A stretch of DNA of 32,000 nucleotides from Elusimicrobia bacterium GWD2_63_28 (GCA_001799895.1 MGUI01000052.1:87029-119028), one strand, 5' to 3'; positions 1 to 9,334 are shown, counted from the stretch's first letter. Notes: generated by a model from the sequence alone, not told the origin. Numbers and translations: made by a program.

Positions 1-89
1 GCTGTTATGCGTCCCGCGCCCCTCCACGGCTATTATAGGAAAGATAAAGAGGGGATTCAGCCCGCGGCCCCGCCGCCCTGGCGGCGCCC

Positions 90-136
90 TTGCGAAGGGG
101 CGGCGTTTCTGGTATCATGTTTCTATGCATAGAAAC
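90..136 (+). promoter_or_regulatory. Predicted trpR-trpB promoter with overlapping palindromic operator
   Basis: TTGCGA (90-95), 17 nt spacer, extended -10 TGG-TATCAT (113-118), immediately followed by the perfect 18-bp palindrome GTTTCTATGCATAGAAAC (119-136), 14 nt before the trpR ATG. Confidence 0.7.
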
Positions 137-150
137 AAAAGCGGGCGGCC

Positions 151-417
151 ATGAACGCGCTGAAGGAAGTCGCCGGGGCCCTGTGCGGCATCAATAACCC
201 GTCCCAGATGCGGAAGTTCCTGGCCGAGCTTTTTACGCCGGCCGAGCTGGAGGATACGGCCCTGCGCTGGCGGCTGTTGAAAATGCTCAAAGCCGGGCGC
301 ACCCAGCGGGAGATCGCCAGCGAGCTCAATATCAGCCTGTGCAAGATAACGCGCGGTTCTAAGATTTTAAAAGACCGCGATTCGGCTATTAATCAAATCT
401 TGGGAGAACTGAAATGA
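151..417 (+). CDS. trpR: TrpR/YerC-type Trp repressor family protein
   Basis: 88 aa; '[47 protein letters not shown]' matches the Trp repressor helix-turn-helix pattern; overlaps trpB start by 4 nt. Confidence 0.88.
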   Translation: MNALKEVAGALCGINNPSQMRKFLAELFTPAELEDTALRWRLLKMLKAGRTQREIASELNISLCKITRGSKILKDRDSAINQILGELK

Positions 418-1643
418 ATATTCTTAAAAATGACCAGCTGCCCGACGCCAGGGGATATTTCGGGGCTTACGGCGGCAGTTTCGTGCCGCCGCAGCTGCAG
501 GGCATACTCGACGAGATCACCGCGGCTTACCTCAAGCTCAAGGCTGAGCCCGCTTTCATAGCCGAGCTGGAGGGGCTGTACAGGGATTATGTGGGCCGGC
601 CCAGCCCGGTGTTTCTCGCGGCGCGGCTGTCGGCGGAAATCGGCGGGGCGGATATTTACTTCAAGCGGGAAGATCTCAACCATACTGGCGCGCACAAGAT
701 AAACCACTGCCTCGGCGAGGCCCTGCTGGCCAAACGCATGGGCAAGAAGAAGGTGATAGCCGAAACCGGCGCCGGCCAGCATGGCGTGGCGCTGGCCACG
801 GCCGCGGCCCTGCTGGGGCTGGAATGCGACATCTACATGGGCGAGGTGGACATACTCAAAGAGCACCCCAATGTCAGCCGCATGAAGATACTCGGCGCCA
901 GGGTGATCCCCGTGGCGGCCGGCCTGAAGACGCTGAAAGACGCCGTAGACGCGGCTTTCGAAGCCTACCTGAAGGACCCGGTCACGCAGTTCTACGCCAT
1001 CGGCTCCGTGGTGGGCCCGCATCCTTTTCCCATGATGGTGCGCGACTTCCAGGCCGTGGTCGGCCGCGAGGCCAGGCGCCAGATGCTTGAGCGGACGGGG
1101 CGCCTGCCCGACGCGCTGGTGGCCTGCGTGGGCGGCGGTTCCAACGCCATAGGCCTGTTCACGGCTTTCCTGGAGGACCAGGAGGTGCTGATGTACGGCG
1201 TGGAGCCGTCGGGGTTGAGCTTCAAGGACGGGGAGCACGCCGCCACGCTGACCAAGGGCAAGCCGGGGATACTGCACGGCTTTAAAAGCTATTTGCTGCA
1301 GGATGAGCAGGGCCAGCCGCAGAAGGTGTACTCCGTGGCCAGCGGCCTGGACTATCCCGGCGTTGGGCCCGAGCACGGCTACCTGAAGGATATCGGCCGG
1401 GTGCGCTACGAGTGCGCCTCCGACGCCGAGGCCATAGAGGCCTTCTTCACGCTGTCGCGCAAAGAAGGGCTGATACCGGCCATAGAAAGTGCCCATGCCG
1501 CGGCTTTCGCCCTGAAGCTGGCCGCCAGCCTCGGCAAAGGCAAAAATATCCTGGTGAACCTCTCCGGGCGCGGGGACAAGGACATAGACTTCGTGATAGA
1601 AAAATACGGGGCGGCTTACGGCGTCGGCCCCGCGGGGAAATAA
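414..1643 (+). CDS. trpB: Tryptophan synthase beta subunit
   Basis: Full-length 409 aa; '[11 protein letters not shown]', PLP lysine motif 'HTGAHKINH', '[10 protein letters not shown]', 'GGGSNAIG', 'LSGRGDKD'. Confidence 0.97.
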   Translation: MNILKNDQLPDARGYFGAYGGSFVPPQLQGILDEITAAYLKLKAEPAFIAELEGLYRDYVGRPSPVFLAARLSAEIGGADIYFKREDLNHTGAHKINHCLGEALLAKRMGKKKVIAETGAGQHGVALATAAALLGLECDIYMGEVDILKEHPNVSRMKILGARVIPVAAGLKTLKDAVDAAFEAYLKDPVTQFYAIGSVVGPHPFPMMVRDFQAVVGREARRQMLERTGRLPDALVACVGGGSNAIGLFTAFLEDQEVLMYGVEPSGLSFKDGEHAATLTKGKPGILHGFKSYLLQDEQGQPQKVYSVASGLDYPGVGPEHGYLKDIGRVRYECASDAEAIEAFFTLSRKEGLIPAIESAHAAAFALKLAASLGKGKNILVNLSGRGDKDIDFVIEKYGAAYGVGPAGK

Positions 1644-1646
1644 AAT

Positions 1647-2123
1647 ATGGCCGAAGACCTGGCGGTGACCGGGGCGACCAAGGAAGAAAAATACCGCAGC
1701 CTGCTGGCCCAGGTAAAAGGGCTGACGGCGGGCGAGAGCGACGCCGTGGCCAACATGGCCAATATCTGCGCCGCCATCAAGTACGGCCTGGGCTATTTCT
1801 GGGCTGGCTTTTACCTGGTGAAGGGCGGCGAGCTGGTGCTCGGGCCTTTCCAGGGGCCGGTGGCCTGCACCCGCATCCGCAAGGGGCGCGGCGTCTGCGG
1901 CCAATGCTGGGAAAAGGGCGAGGCGCTCATCGTGGACGACGTATCGCGCTTCCCCGGGCATATAGCCTGCAGTTCGCGGTCCAAGTCCGAAATAGTGCTG
2001 CCGGTCAGGAACCGGGAGGGGCAAATTGTCGGTGTGCTGGATGTGGATCACGACGCCGTCGGGGCCTTCGACCAGACAGACAAGAGATGTCTGGAAGAAA
2101 TAGCCGCCCTCGCCGGGCTGTAG
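1647..2123 (+). CDS. msrC: GAF-domain free methionine-(R)-sulfoxide reductase (fRMsr)
   Basis: 'FYLVKGGELVLGPFQGPVACTRIRKGRGVCGQCWEKGEALIVDDVSRFPGHIACSSRSKSEIVLPV' matches the fRMsr signature including the three expected Cys positions (ACTRI, GVCG, HIACS). Confidence 0.85.
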   Translation: MAEDLAVTGATKEEKYRSLLAQVKGLTAGESDAVANMANICAAIKYGLGYFWAGFYLVKGGELVLGPFQGPVACTRIRKGRGVCGQCWEKGEALIVDDVSRFPGHIACSSRSKSEIVLPVRNREGQIVGVLDVDHDAVGAFDQTDKRCLEEIAALAGL

Positions 2124-2146
2124 CCGGCCCCGGCGGGAAATGCAAC

Positions 2147-2182
2147 AACTGAACCCCGCGCTCTGGCGGGGTTCAGTTTTTT
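2147..2182 (+). terminator. Rho-independent terminator of trpR-trpB-msrC operon
   Basis: AACTGAACCCCGC / GCGGGGTTCAGTT stem followed by a run of Ts. Confidence 0.9.
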
Positions 2183-2200
2183 GTCCGGCTGATGTTCCTG

Positions 2201-2761
2201 TTAAGGAACGAAGGCGAACTTTATGGTTATGACGCCCTTGCTCCACTCGCGGGCGTTCCTGCAGGCGAACTCCGCCACTTCGCGCAGGTCGGCGTAGAGC
2301 TCCTGGTTTGCCAGGCTGATCCTGGAAGAGTTGCGGACTACTATGAGGATCCTGTTGTTGTGGTGTATGCCCGGCAGGTCGCCGATGAAGTCTATCATCG
2401 CGTCCCAGTTCTCCGGCACGCCGGGCAGGCGCAGCGTCCTGGTGGTGTAGTCCAGCAGGGCCGGCTTGGTGGTCATCTTCGCCCCGTCCAGGCTGAACAC
2501 GGCGTAGCCGTTGGTCTGCGCGTAGTTGGACAGGAAGTCGGCGTAGACCGGGCTCAGGTCGAGCACGTCCGAGGCGAGCGACTTTTCGGCCTGGTACTTC
2601 TGAAGGTCGATGAGGGGCTCCGGTACGGGAACCTCCGCCACCTCGATTTTAAGGCCGGCTGTTTGGGCCAGCAGGGCGCTCAGGGCGCCGTTAGCCTGGC
2701 CTGCATGCGCCGCGCAGGACAGGAACAGGGAGATAGCGATAACGTTCGATACGAGTTTCAT
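2201..2761 (-). CDS. Secreted barstar-like (barnase inhibitor fold) protein
   Basis: 186 aa with signal peptide 'MKLVSNVIAISLFLSCAAHA'; C-terminal 'YAVFSLDGAKMTTKPALLDYTTRTLRLPGVPENWDAMIDFIGDL...RILIVVRNS' resembles the barstar pattern (L.LP....NWDA..D.L.DL). Confidence 0.55.
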   Translation of the reverse strand: MKLVSNVIAISLFLSCAAHAGQANGALSALLAQTAGLKIEVAEVPVPEPLIDLQKYQAEKSLASDVLDLSPVYADFLSNYAQTNGYAVFSLDGAKMTTKPALLDYTTRTLRLPGVPENWDAMIDFIGDLPGIHHNNRILIVVRNSSRISLANQELYADLREVAEFACRNAREWSKGVITIKFAFVP

Positions 2762-3020
2762 AATAGCAGTAGCCTCCGAATATAAGTTTCTATATTCCGA
2801 TACTTTGTGCTAAGTTCCGTTTTTAGGTGGGGGAAACTTAACGCGCCTTCCGATATTATCCTGGAAGGACATCGCCGTAGCCGGTAGTTTTGGTGATTTA
2901 TGGATACCGGGCAGCTTGTAAGATACGGTAAACGCTGAAGTCTTACGTGAAGTATTACTATTATATCAAATCAGGTCCGCGGCCGTGAATTGTTATAATT
3001 TACGAGGGCGAGGAGGAGTC

Positions 3021-3527
3021 ATGAAAAAAATAGCGGTCTTCATAGCTTTCCAGGGTTTCCGCGACGAAGAGTACGTTGAGCCGAAGAAGGCGCTCGAAGC
3101 CGCCGGCCACCAGGTAGTCACGGTCTCCACCGCCAGGGGCGAGGCCCGCGGCAAGTTCCGCGTGACCGCGCAGGTGGACAAGACGGTGGACGAGATAGAT
3201 CCCGCCGATTACGACGCGCTGGCGCTGGTGGGCGGTCCGGGCGCGCTGGAGCATTTGGATAACCCCAAGGTGCACGCGCTCTTTAAAAAAGCTACGGAGC
3301 TGGGCAAGGTGATAGGCGCCATCTGCATCTCGCCGGTGGTCCTGGCCCACGCCGGCCTGCTGAAGGGCAAAACCGTTACCTGCTGGCCGGACGGCGCCGA
3401 AGAAGTGCGCAAGGGCGGCGGCAACTATACAGGCTCGGACCTGGAGATAGACGGCAGGCTGATAACCGCCAGCGGCCCCGTTCCGGCGAAGAAATACGGC
3501 CAGGCCATAGCCGAGGCTTTGAAATAA
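3021..3527 (+). CDS. DJ-1/PfpI (ThiJ) family protein
   Basis: 'KKIAVFIAFQGFRDEEYVEPKKALEAAGHQVVTVS...DYDALALVGGPGALEHL...GKVIGAICISPVVLAHAGLLKGKTVTCWP'; ATG at 3021 preceded by GAGGAGG Shine-Dalgarno (the track start at 2985 is less likely). Confidence 0.92.
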   Translation: MKKIAVFIAFQGFRDEEYVEPKKALEAAGHQVVTVSTARGEARGKFRVTAQVDKTVDEIDPADYDALALVGGPGALEHLDNPKVHALFKKATELGKVIGAICISPVVLAHAGLLKGKTVTCWPDGAEEVRKGGGNYTGSDLEIDGRLITASGPVPAKKYGQAIAEALK

Positions 3528-3540
3528 AAGGAGAATTAAA

Positions 3541-3957
3541 ATGAAAATACTGACAGCTTTATTAATGACGGTCATGCTGGCGGGCTCTGCCGCCGCGGCG
3601 GAGAAGAAGTCAGCGGAAAAGGACGCCTGGAAAAAGCGGGTGTTCACCGCCGAGGAGCTGCAGAAGTACAACGGCAGGGACGGCCAGCCGGTCTACGCGG
3701 CCGTGGACGGCATCGTTTACGACCTGAGCAAGTCCAAGTACTGGAAGACCGGCACGCATATGAAGCAGCACGAAGCCGGCGCCGACCTTAGCGCCGATAT
3801 CCACGAGAAAGCCCCGAAGGGCATACACAAGGACGGCAAGATCCTCAACAAGATGCCCAAGGTGGGCGTGACCGAAGAGTATGCGAAGAAAAAGCCGGAA
3901 GCTTCCGCGGTGAAGGAAAAGGCCGGCGCTCCGAAAGAAAATAAGGTCAAGAAATAG
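3541..3957 (+). CDS. Exported cytochrome b5-like heme/steroid-binding domain protein
   Basis: Signal peptide, then 'RVFTAEELQKYNGRDGQPVYAAVDGIVYDLSKSKYWKTGTHMKQHEAGADLSADIHEKAPKG'; AAGGAG Shine-Dalgarno. Confidence 0.85.
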   Translation: MKILTALLMTVMLAGSAAAAEKKSAEKDAWKKRVFTAEELQKYNGRDGQPVYAAVDGIVYDLSKSKYWKTGTHMKQHEAGADLSADIHEKAPKGIHKDGKILNKMPKVGVTEEYAKKKPEASAVKEKAGAPKENKVKK

Positions 3958-3971
3958 GCGGAAGGCTAATT

Positions 3972-4003
3972 AAAAAACCCGGGCGCGTCGGCCCGGGTTT
4001 TTT
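3972..4003. terminator. Bidirectional intrinsic terminator between convergent operons
   Basis: AAAAAACCCGGGC-GCGTCG-GCCCGGGTTTTTT, with an A-run upstream and a T-run downstream. Confidence 0.92.
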
Positions 4004-4016
4004 ATTGCCGCCGGCC

Positions 4017-5861
4017 TCAGTCCGGCTGCTGCGCCAGCGGGGCTTTTATTTTTTCAGATGCCTCGGCCGCGCGGGCGCGCACATATTGGGAGCGGTGCTG
4101 CTCCAGACCCTTCAGCCGCTGCAGCGCCGTAGCCGCCTCTGCGCCCATGCTGCCCAGGGCGCGGGCGGCGCACATTACCACGAAATCGTCGGTGTCTTCC
4201 AAGGCGGTCTTTAGCACAGGCAGGCCGGTGGAACCCAGCCGGGCCAGGGCGGCCGCGGCTTCCACCGAAAGCGGGTATTCCCCGCGGCGGAGAGTTTCTT
4301 GCAGCGGCTTAACCGCCGCCGGACCTATGTTTGCCAGCGCGCCGGCCGCCGCCCGCGCCAGGTGCTTGTCGCCGGCGAGCTTGCCGATCAGGGCGGGCAC
4401 GGCCTCTCCGGCTTCCGGCCCCATTATGGCCAGGGCCTCCAGGGCGGCGTACGGCATCCTGGAGCGCTTGGAGTCCAGAGCGGCGATAAGTTCCGGGAGG
4501 GCACCCTTCTCCGCCGGGCCTATGCTGGCCAGCAGGCCGCGGAAATCGTCCCCGTAGATCTCGCTGCTTCGGCCCTGCGCGCGGACCAGCACGGGTACGG
4601 CTGACCTGGCGGCGGGGCCTATCGCGCCTAAGGCGTAAGCGGCGTTATCCCTGACCTTCACCTCTTCGTCCTCCAGCGCCGTGACGAGCTGCGGGAGATA
4701 CTCCACCGCCGCGGGCCCCAGCTTTATCAGCCCCCAGGAGGCAAAGATCCGGTCGTTAGCTTCCGGGCTCTTCAGGGCCGCGGCCAATTCCGCGGCTAAG
4801 CCTCGCGTATCGGGGGCTATCGCCGCCAGCGCGCCGGCCGCAAAGGCCCGCGCCGAAGGGTCTTTATCTTCCAGCGCCTTCTCAAGCGCCGGCACCGCTT
4901 CCGCGGCCGGCAGCCCCCGGCGGGACAGGGCCCCGGCGGCGTCGGTGCGGGTCCTGAGGTCGGGGTCCGAAAGCAGCCTGGCCAGCTCCGCTACGATACC
5001 GGGCGTGGCCGGGGACAGTTTTGCCAGCGTGATGGCGGCCGCGCCGCGCACGTCCGGGTCCGCGTCGCCCAGCGCTACCGTCAGGGCCTGCGCCGCCCCG
5101 GCCGGGGCTCTTTCGGTGAAGGTGAAATAAAGCGCCGCGCAGCGGCGGAGATAATTGTCCGGCGAGGACAGCAGTTTGAATATTTCCGGGTTCACTCTTT
5201 CAGGGGGAAACTTGCCCAGGGCGGACGTGACCCTGGCGCAAAGCTGGTAGGGCGCGCCGCTGAACAGCCCGAGGAGCGCGGGCACCGGGTCGGCCTTTTC
5301 CATCCGCAGCTCGCCCAACGCCCAGATGGCGTTCTCCCGCACCTTCTCGTCCTTGTCCTTGAGCAGGTTCAGTATTTTCTGCTCGTCCTTTTCTTTGTGG
5401 TAATGGGTTTTCCCGATCACGTACAGGGCCCGGCCCCTGGCGCCCGCGCTTTCGGAAGCCAGCTCTTTTATAAGGTCGTCGTACGGGTTTATGTCGGCCA
5501 GCGCTTCGGCGGCCGCCAGGCCGAAAGCCTTGTTCTTGTCGCCCATGGCCTCAATAAGTTTTTTCACGCCGCTCGCGGGGAAGGGCTCCATGTGGCCCAG
5601 CGCCCAGGCCGTCACCTCCCTGACTTCCCAGTCCGGGTCTTTAAGGGCCTCTATGAGCGGGGGCACGGCCGCCTCCGGGCCAGCGGCCTTAAGCTTGTAC
5701 ATGGCCGCCAGCTGCGCGTCCCCGTCCCCGGTCCGCGCGGCTGCCTTAAGTTCCTCCGCGGCGGCGGCGGGGTTCAGCTGTTCGAGCACGGCAGTTCCGG
5801 CCGCCGAAGCCGGGAGGCAGGCGGAAAGAAGCCAGGAGAAAAAAAACAGGGCAGAGTTCAT
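4017..5861 (-). CDS. Exported HEAT-repeat protein
   Basis: Signal peptide plus many HEAT-like units ('EVREVTAWALGHM', 'KVRENAIWALGEL', 'DVRGAAAITLAKL', 'KVRDNAAYALGAIG'). Confidence 0.85.
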   Translation of the reverse strand: MNSALFFFSWLLSACLPASAAGTAVLEQLNPAAAAEELKAAARTGDGDAQLAAMYKLKAAGPEAAVPPLIEALKDPDWEVREVTAWALGHMEPFPASGVKKLIEAMGDKNKAFGLAAAEALADINPYDDLIKELASESAGARGRALYVIGKTHYHKEKDEQKILNLLKDKDEKVRENAIWALGELRMEKADPVPALLGLFSGAPYQLCARVTSALGKFPPERVNPEIFKLLSSPDNYLRRCAALYFTFTERAPAGAAQALTVALGDADPDVRGAAAITLAKLSPATPGIVAELARLLSDPDLRTRTDAAGALSRRGLPAAEAVPALEKALEDKDPSARAFAAGALAAIAPDTRGLAAELAAALKSPEANDRIFASWGLIKLGPAAVEYLPQLVTALEDEEVKVRDNAAYALGAIGPAARSAVPVLVRAQGRSSEIYGDDFRGLLASIGPAEKGALPELIAALDSKRSRMPYAALEALAIMGPEAGEAVPALIGKLAGDKHLARAAAGALANIGPAAVKPLQETLRRGEYPLSVEAAAALARLGSTGLPVLKTALEDTDDFVVMCAARALGSMGAEAATALQRLKGLEQHRSQYVRARAAEASEKIKAPLAQQPD

Positions 5862-5881
5862 GGTTGGTTTTTCTCCCGGCC

Positions 5882-6571
5882 CTATTTTCTCATCTCGCCC
5901 GCCGAGCGGGGGGCCGGGTCCTTCCTGGCGCAGAGCGTGAGCTGGAAATTAACGAATTCATTCAGCGCGCCCGGCAGCTGCTTGCCGCTGAGGCCCCTGA
6001 GGATCTTTTTCGCCTCGCTGAAATTTGAGAGCCTGCGCAGCAATTCGGCCAGCAGGTATTGGCCTACCGGCCACTCCGGGGAGCCCTTCGCTATGCCCGC
6101 CATGTAGGTGTTAAGATGGAAGAAGGCCAGCCCCAGGTCCTCTTTGAGTTTAACGGGGTCGTTCTCTTCCTGCCAGGAGGCCTTCAGGTAGGCCTGGCCG
6201 ATATCCGCTTGATCGTGTGCGCCAGTTTTTTTATACAGGAAGGCCAACCTGTAATAACTGGAGCGCGCGCTCAAGGCTTTGTATCGGGGGGAGGCGGTGA
6301 TTTCGCGCATGGCGGCCAGGGCGCGCGGGCCGGCGGAACTGCCGTGCACCACGAAGCCGCACTCGGAGCAGACCGGCAGCGGGGACGGCGTAACCACCGC
6401 GCCCAGCGGCCTGAAATCCAGCCCCGTGTCGAAGACCGAGGCCGACATCTGCGCGTTGTGGAAAATGTCTGCCAGGCAGACCGGGCAGACCTTTGACTCC
6501 CCGGTCATCGTGGACGCCGCCGCGGGCAGGGCCGCCGCGGCGCACAGGGCCGCTAAAACAAAACATTTCAC
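5882..6571 (-). CDS. Exported DUF2225-like protein with Cys pairs and TPR-like C-terminus
   Basis: 'CPVCLADIF...CSECGFVVHGSSAG' with two CxxC motifs; overlaps aroA by 4 nt. Confidence 0.55.
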   Translation of the reverse strand: MKCFVLAALCAAAALPAAASTMTGESKVCPVCLADIFHNAQMSASVFDTGLDFRPLGAVVTPSPLPVCSECGFVVHGSSAGPRALAAMREITASPRYKALSARSSYYRLAFLYKKTGAHDQADIGQAYLKASWQEENDPVKLKEDLGLAFFHLNTYMAGIAKGSPEWPVGQYLLAELLRRLSNFSEAKKILRGLSGKQLPGALNEFVNFQLTLCARKDPAPRSAGEMRK

Positions 6572-7824
6572 TTCCTGCTCCCGGCGGGATAAAAGCCGAA
6601 AACTTTCTTGAAATCCTCCCAGAAGGCCGGGTAGGACTTGCCGACGCAGGCCGGGTTTTTTATCGCCAGGCCCGGGCAGGCCGCCAGCGCGGCGGCGGCG
6701 GCCATGGCCATGCGGTGGTCGTTGAAAGTGTCCGCCGGGGCGACGGGCCTGAACCTGCCCGCCCCTGTCACGAACAGGGTGCCGCCCCTGTAAGTGGCCT
6801 TGACGCCCAGCGCGGCCAGCAGGGCCAGCACGCTGTCCACCCGGTCGGATTCCTTGGCCTTCAAATTCTCTATGCCGCTGATCGCGGTGGTCCCCGCCGC
6901 TTTGGCGGCCAGCAGGGCCAGCAGCGGCACTTCGTCTATCATCGCCGGGATCTCGGCGGGAGTGATCTTTATCGCCGTCAGGGGGGAGGGAATTATTTCA
7001 ATTTCTCCGGACGGCTCCGGGAAGGTGTTGGTGATCTTCAGGGTGACCTTGGCGCCCATCCTCTGCAGCGCGGTGATGAAGCCGAGGCGCCTGGGGTTCA
7101 GGCCGCAACCGGTGATCCTGAGCGGCTGCCCGGCCAGCAGCGCGGCGGCTATGAACGGGGCCGCCGACGAGATGTCTCCGGGCACGGTGACCGGCCGGGA
7201 CGTCAAAGGGCCGGGTTCCAGCCTGAGGGCCGCGCCCTTCGTCGAGAGCTTCGCCCCCATCAGGACCAGCAGGCGCTCGGTATGGTCGCGCGTCGGGAAT
7301 TTTTCTTTCAGCTCCGTGGCGCCGGCGGCGTAAAGGCCGGCCAGCAGCAGGGCGGATTTCACCTGCGCGCTCTCCACGCCGGAAACCTTGCCGCCCTTCA
7401 GCTTCGCCGGCTTTATGGCCAGCGGCAGTTTGCCGCCCTTGCAGTCTATTTTAGCGCCCAGTTTTTTCAGCGCGGACGCGGTGGCGGCCATCGGGCGGTT
7501 CAGCAGCGTGCCGCGCCCGGTGATGGTTGAGGGAAAGGTCTGCCCGGCCAGGAGGCCGGCCAGCATGCGGGCCAGCGCGGCCGATTCTCCGGCGTCCAGC
7601 GGCGCGACCGGCTTTTTAAAACCTTTCAGGCCGCGGCCTTCTATCACCACGGCGTTGCCGTCGCGGCACAGTTTTACGCCCAGGGTTTCCAGGCAGAAGA
7701 TGGCCGCCTCGGTGTCAGCGCAATACAGCGGGTTCTCTACCCGCGCGGTACCGCTGCCGGCGGCGGCCAGCAGCAGGGCCCTTATGGTTATGGATTTGTC
7801 CGGCGGCGGGGTATAGGATTTCAT
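6568..7824 (-). CDS. aroA: 3-phosphoshikimate 1-carboxyvinyltransferase (EPSP synthase), divergent active-site motif
   Basis: 'PPDKSITIRALLLAA', 'SAQVKSALLLAGL', 'FPTRDHTERLL', 'VPGDISSAAPFIAAA', 'LKAKESDRV', 'NDHRMAMAA'. Confidence 0.92.
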   Translation of the reverse strand: MKSYTPPPDKSITIRALLLAAAGSGTARVENPLYCADTEAAIFCLETLGVKLCRDGNAVVIEGRGLKGFKKPVAPLDAGESAALARMLAGLLAGQTFPSTITGRGTLLNRPMAATASALKKLGAKIDCKGGKLPLAIKPAKLKGGKVSGVESAQVKSALLLAGLYAAGATELKEKFPTRDHTERLLVLMGAKLSTKGAALRLEPGPLTSRPVTVPGDISSAAPFIAAALLAGQPLRITGCGLNPRRLGFITALQRMGAKVTLKITNTFPEPSGEIEIIPSPLTAIKITPAEIPAMIDEVPLLALLAAKAAGTTAISGIENLKAKESDRVDSVLALLAALGVKATYRGGTLFVTGAGRFRPVAPADTFNDHRMAMAAAAALAACPGLAIKNPACVGKSYPAFWEDFKKVFGFYPAGSRK

Positions 7825-8249
7825 AGTTTTTTAGTCAGATAATTCAGCGCTTTAAAATAGGAGACCGGGCCCTCGCCCTTGAACTGGACCAGGCAGACGG
7901 GCTTTATCACCGAGACGCGGCGGAAAGGCTCGCGCTTGGAAATGTCGCTGAGGTGCACCTCCGCGGCGGGCAGGCACAGCGCCTCTATGGCGTCGCGGAT
8001 GGCGTAGCTGTAATGGGTGTAGGCGGCGGGGTTTATCACCAGCGCGTCGGCCCAGGGAGCGTTCTTTGTGAGCAGGTCTATAATTTTGCCTTCGGAATTG
8101 CTCTGGAAGATCCGGACTTTAACGCCGAGGCCGGCCGCGTGCTTCTTTATGGCGGCGTTGAGCTGCGGCAGGGTGGCCTGACCGTAAATTTCAGGATCGC
8201 GCCTGCCGAGCAGGTGCAGGTTGGGGCCGTGTATCACCAGGATATTCAT
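7821..8249 (-). CDS. aroQ: Type II 3-dehydroquinate dehydratase
   Basis: 'MNILVIHGPNLHLLGRRDPEIYG', 'QSNSEGKIIDLL', 'INPAAYTHYSYAIRDAI', 'EVHLSDISKREPFR'. Confidence 0.95.
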   Translation of the reverse strand: MNILVIHGPNLHLLGRRDPEIYGQATLPQLNAAIKKHAAGLGVKVRIFQSNSEGKIIDLLTKNAPWADALVINPAAYTHYSYAIRDAIEALCLPAAEVHLSDISKREPFRRVSVIKPVCLVQFKGEGPVSYFKALNYLTKKL

Positions 8250-9334
8250 TTCAGGGCCCCTTCGAAGGCTTTCTTGAGCAGCGGGGCGTCCAGGTTCTCG
8301 GCGGGGCAGAGGCGGCCCGGGCCGGCTATCAGCACGAAGCGGTTGTCCGCGCCGCGCGCCTTCTTGTCGCGCGAGACCAGCGAAAGGAAATGACGGAAAT
8401 CCCGGCGCACGGCTGCGGGCTTCAGGCGCAGCGCTTCCACCAGCGCGTCCAGCTTCAGGAAATCGGCGCGTTTCAGGATGCCGGTTTCCCGGGAAGCTAT
8501 GAGCGCGAAGCGGATGCCGCGCGCCACGGCGTCGCCGTGAGGAAGCTTGCCCCCGGACATGGCCTCGAAGGCGTGGCCGGCGGTGTGGCCGAAGTTCAGC
8601 GCCTCGCGCACGCCGCGCTCGTCGCGCTCGTCGGTGGCCACCAGCTTCAGCTTGTAGGCGGCGCAGGCGCTGACGCAGCCCGTCAGGGCCGACTTGTCGC
8701 CCGCCAGGGTCTTGGAAAGATTCTTCTTTATCACCGCGGCCAGCGCGGCCGGGCCTATCATCGCGTATTTCACCAGCTCGCCCGCGCCGGAGCGCAGCTC
8801 GGCGTGCGGCAGGGAATCCAGGAAGGCCGTGTCGCAGACGGCCAGCGCCGGCTGGTGGAAGGTCCCGGCGATATTCTTGGCGCCGGCCAGGTTCACCGCC
8901 GTCTTGCCGCCCAGCCCGGCGTCTATCTGCGCCAGGAAGGTGGTGGGCACGCTCACCCAGGCGATGCCGCGCATGTAGATGGAGGCCGCGAAGCCGGCCA
9001 GGTCCGTCACCGCGCCGCCGCCCGCCGCTATCACCAGCGAATTGCGCGAGAAGCCGCGGTCGAAGAGGAAAGAGCAGAGGCGGCCGGCCTGCTCGAGGGT
9101 CTTGGCCGACTCGGAGGGCGGCAGCCAGAAATAGGCGTGGGGGCTCTTGCCCTCGGGGAACAGCGCCAGCGCCCGCGCGCGCAGGGAGGGCGGGGCGTCG
9201 GAGCCGGTGACCAGGCAGATCTTGTCGGCGGCGCCGAACAGGGCGGGGAACTCCGCGGGGATGTTCGCCAGGCCGCGGCCGAGCGCCGCTTTTACGGTCC
9301 TGGAGGTTGTGAGCTTGAAGCTGAGGGTTTTCAT
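8246..9334 (-). CDS. aroB: 3-dehydroquinate synthase
   Basis: 'GGGAVTDLAGFAASIYMRGIAWVSVPTTFLAQIDAGLGGKTAVNLAGAKNIAGTFHQP', 'GELVKYAMI', 'NFGHTAGHAFE'. Confidence 0.95.
   Translation of the reverse strand: MKTLSFKLTTSRTVKAALGRGLANIPAEFPALFGAADKICLVTGSDAPPSLRARALALFPEGKSPHAYFWLPPSESAKTLEQAGRLCSFLFDRGFSRNSLVIAAGGGAVTDLAGFAASIYMRGIAWVSVPTTFLAQIDAGLGGKTAVNLAGAKNIAGTFHQPALAVCDTAFLDSLPHAELRSGAGELVKYAMIGPAALAAVIKKNLSKTLAGDKSALTGCVSACAAYKLKLVATDERDERGVREALNFGHTAGHAFEAMSGGKLPHGDAVARGIRFALIASRETGILKRADFLKLDALVEALRLKPAAVRRDFRHFLSLVSRDKKARGADNRFVLIAGPGRLCPAENLDAPLLKKAFEGALK

Noticed and set aside
393-2246. 617-aa minus-strand ORF over trpB and msrC; similar antisense ORFs at 23731..25059, 25201..26181 and 26830..28047
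   Set aside because: Same artefact: no recognizable domains and full overlap with confident genes.
2192-2785. 197-aa plus-strand ORF opposite the barstar-like gene
   Set aside because: The minus-strand frame has signal peptide, Shine-Dalgarno-like GGAGG and a domain signature; the plus frame has none and starts after the operon terminator.
2974-2984. GGTCCGCGGCC upstream of the DJ-1 gene as a third copy of the mini-RNA
   Set aside because: Only 11 nt match the left arm; there is no right arm, loop or T-tract, and it sits within the promoter spacer of the DJ-1 gene.
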